From a virus, in the IMG/VR virus record IMGVR_UViG_3300023199_000051, positions 96,001-160,000 of that record: 64,000 bases of DNA; one strand, written 5' to 3'. A model generated the notes under the pieces. The model saw only the letters and a program-made list of their open reading frames with translations, was not told where the DNA came from and did no database searches. Within the stretch, counting starts at the first letter, position 1, and the number at the start of each line of letters is the position of its first letter. A program made the translations under genes and the position numbers. Positions 63,562 through 64,000 of the stretch are shown here, piece after piece.

Positions 63562-64000
63562 ATGAAGTACAAGCCCCTCAGAGCGTGCCAACAGAGCGCG
63601 CTGGATTCCATGATGCCTCTCGACTGGCGCACCTTCGTCCTCGCCGCTCCAACCGGCAGCGGTAAGTCGTGGGTGATCGCGGGCCTCGCGTACCTCAACC
63701 TCAGGTGGCAGGGGAGACGTCCTGCCTGCTGGGGTGACGCCTCCGAGGTCAAGAAGGTCATCGTGGCCACTCCGATGCAGCACATCGAGAGCGGCTACGT
63801 AGACGAGGCGTGCTTCCATTACTCCGCGGAGGGGGTCCGCACGCCGCTGCGCGTCAAGGTGGCCGAGGACTTCTGGCTGCGCGTCCGGGAGATGAAGGGT
63901 GCGGCCGGGGACAACCTGCGCAAGCTCGTGTCCGGCGAGAAGGGCACGGGTGGGCGGGCCATCCTCACGTCACACCAGCTCCTTGTGAGCGTCTACAAGG
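63562..64000 (+). CDS. SF2 helicase, partial; possible Cas3' with no N-terminal HD domain
   Basis: Not in the ORF track because there is no stop in the window. AGGAG RBS; MKYKPLRACQQSAL...LAAPTGSGKS...VIVATP...ILTSHQLL; open to the edge. Confidence 0.7.
   Translation, partial: MKYKPLRACQQSALDSMMPLDWRTFVLAAPTGSGKSWVIAGLAYLNLRWQGRRPACWGDASEVKKVIVATPMQHIESGYVDEACFHYSAEGVRTPLRVKVAEDFWLRVREMKGAAGDNLRKLVSGEKGTGGRAILTSHQLLVSVYK

Noticed and set aside
63562-64000. Assigning the symbol cas3
   Set aside because: Only ~146 aa are visible, no HD domain is seen, and the motifs also fit generic SF2 helicases.
1-64000. tRNA or rRNA genes, reverse transcriptase/DGR, transposases, terminase, portal or tail genes, and a primase
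   Set aside because: None was recognised by eye. Absence is not proven without tRNAscan/HMM searches, and the genome extends past both edges.

Overview
This GC-rich window (roughly 65%, estimated by eye) looks like part of a large dsDNA bacterial virus or provirus. The host is probably a Myxococcota-like bacterium, inferred from a MopE-type repeat lipoprotein. There are four blocks. (1) 1-9.9 kb, minus strand: a candidate virion module with a transglutaminase-like Cys-His-Asp enzyme, a possible single-jelly-roll capsid protein, membrane proteins and very basic core-like proteins that share an acidic-Gly-basic motif. No HK97 capsid, terminase, portal or tail gene was recognised, but the module runs off the left edge. 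(2) 10-10.6 kb: a palindrome- and repeat-rich control region, followed by a truncated tyrosine-recombinase-like gene and spike-like genes. (3) 16-54 kb: replication, recombination and modification genes, namely DUF3987, an intein-containing SNF2 helicase, a RecD-like helicase, two DNA methyltransferases, a Cas4-like nuclease, an AAA_24 ATPase, an SSB-like protein, a UDG-PolA fusion with two inteins, an HNH nuclease, an SMC-like ATPase and a 1662-aa UvrD-like protein. (4) 54.5-64 kb: a 13-repeat CRISPR array, six non-cas genes, then divergent type I-C cas5-cas8c(cas11)-cas7 and an SF2 helicase with no N-terminal HD nuclease. No cas1 or cas2 is present in the window. All family assignments come from motif recognition by eye; no database search was run.
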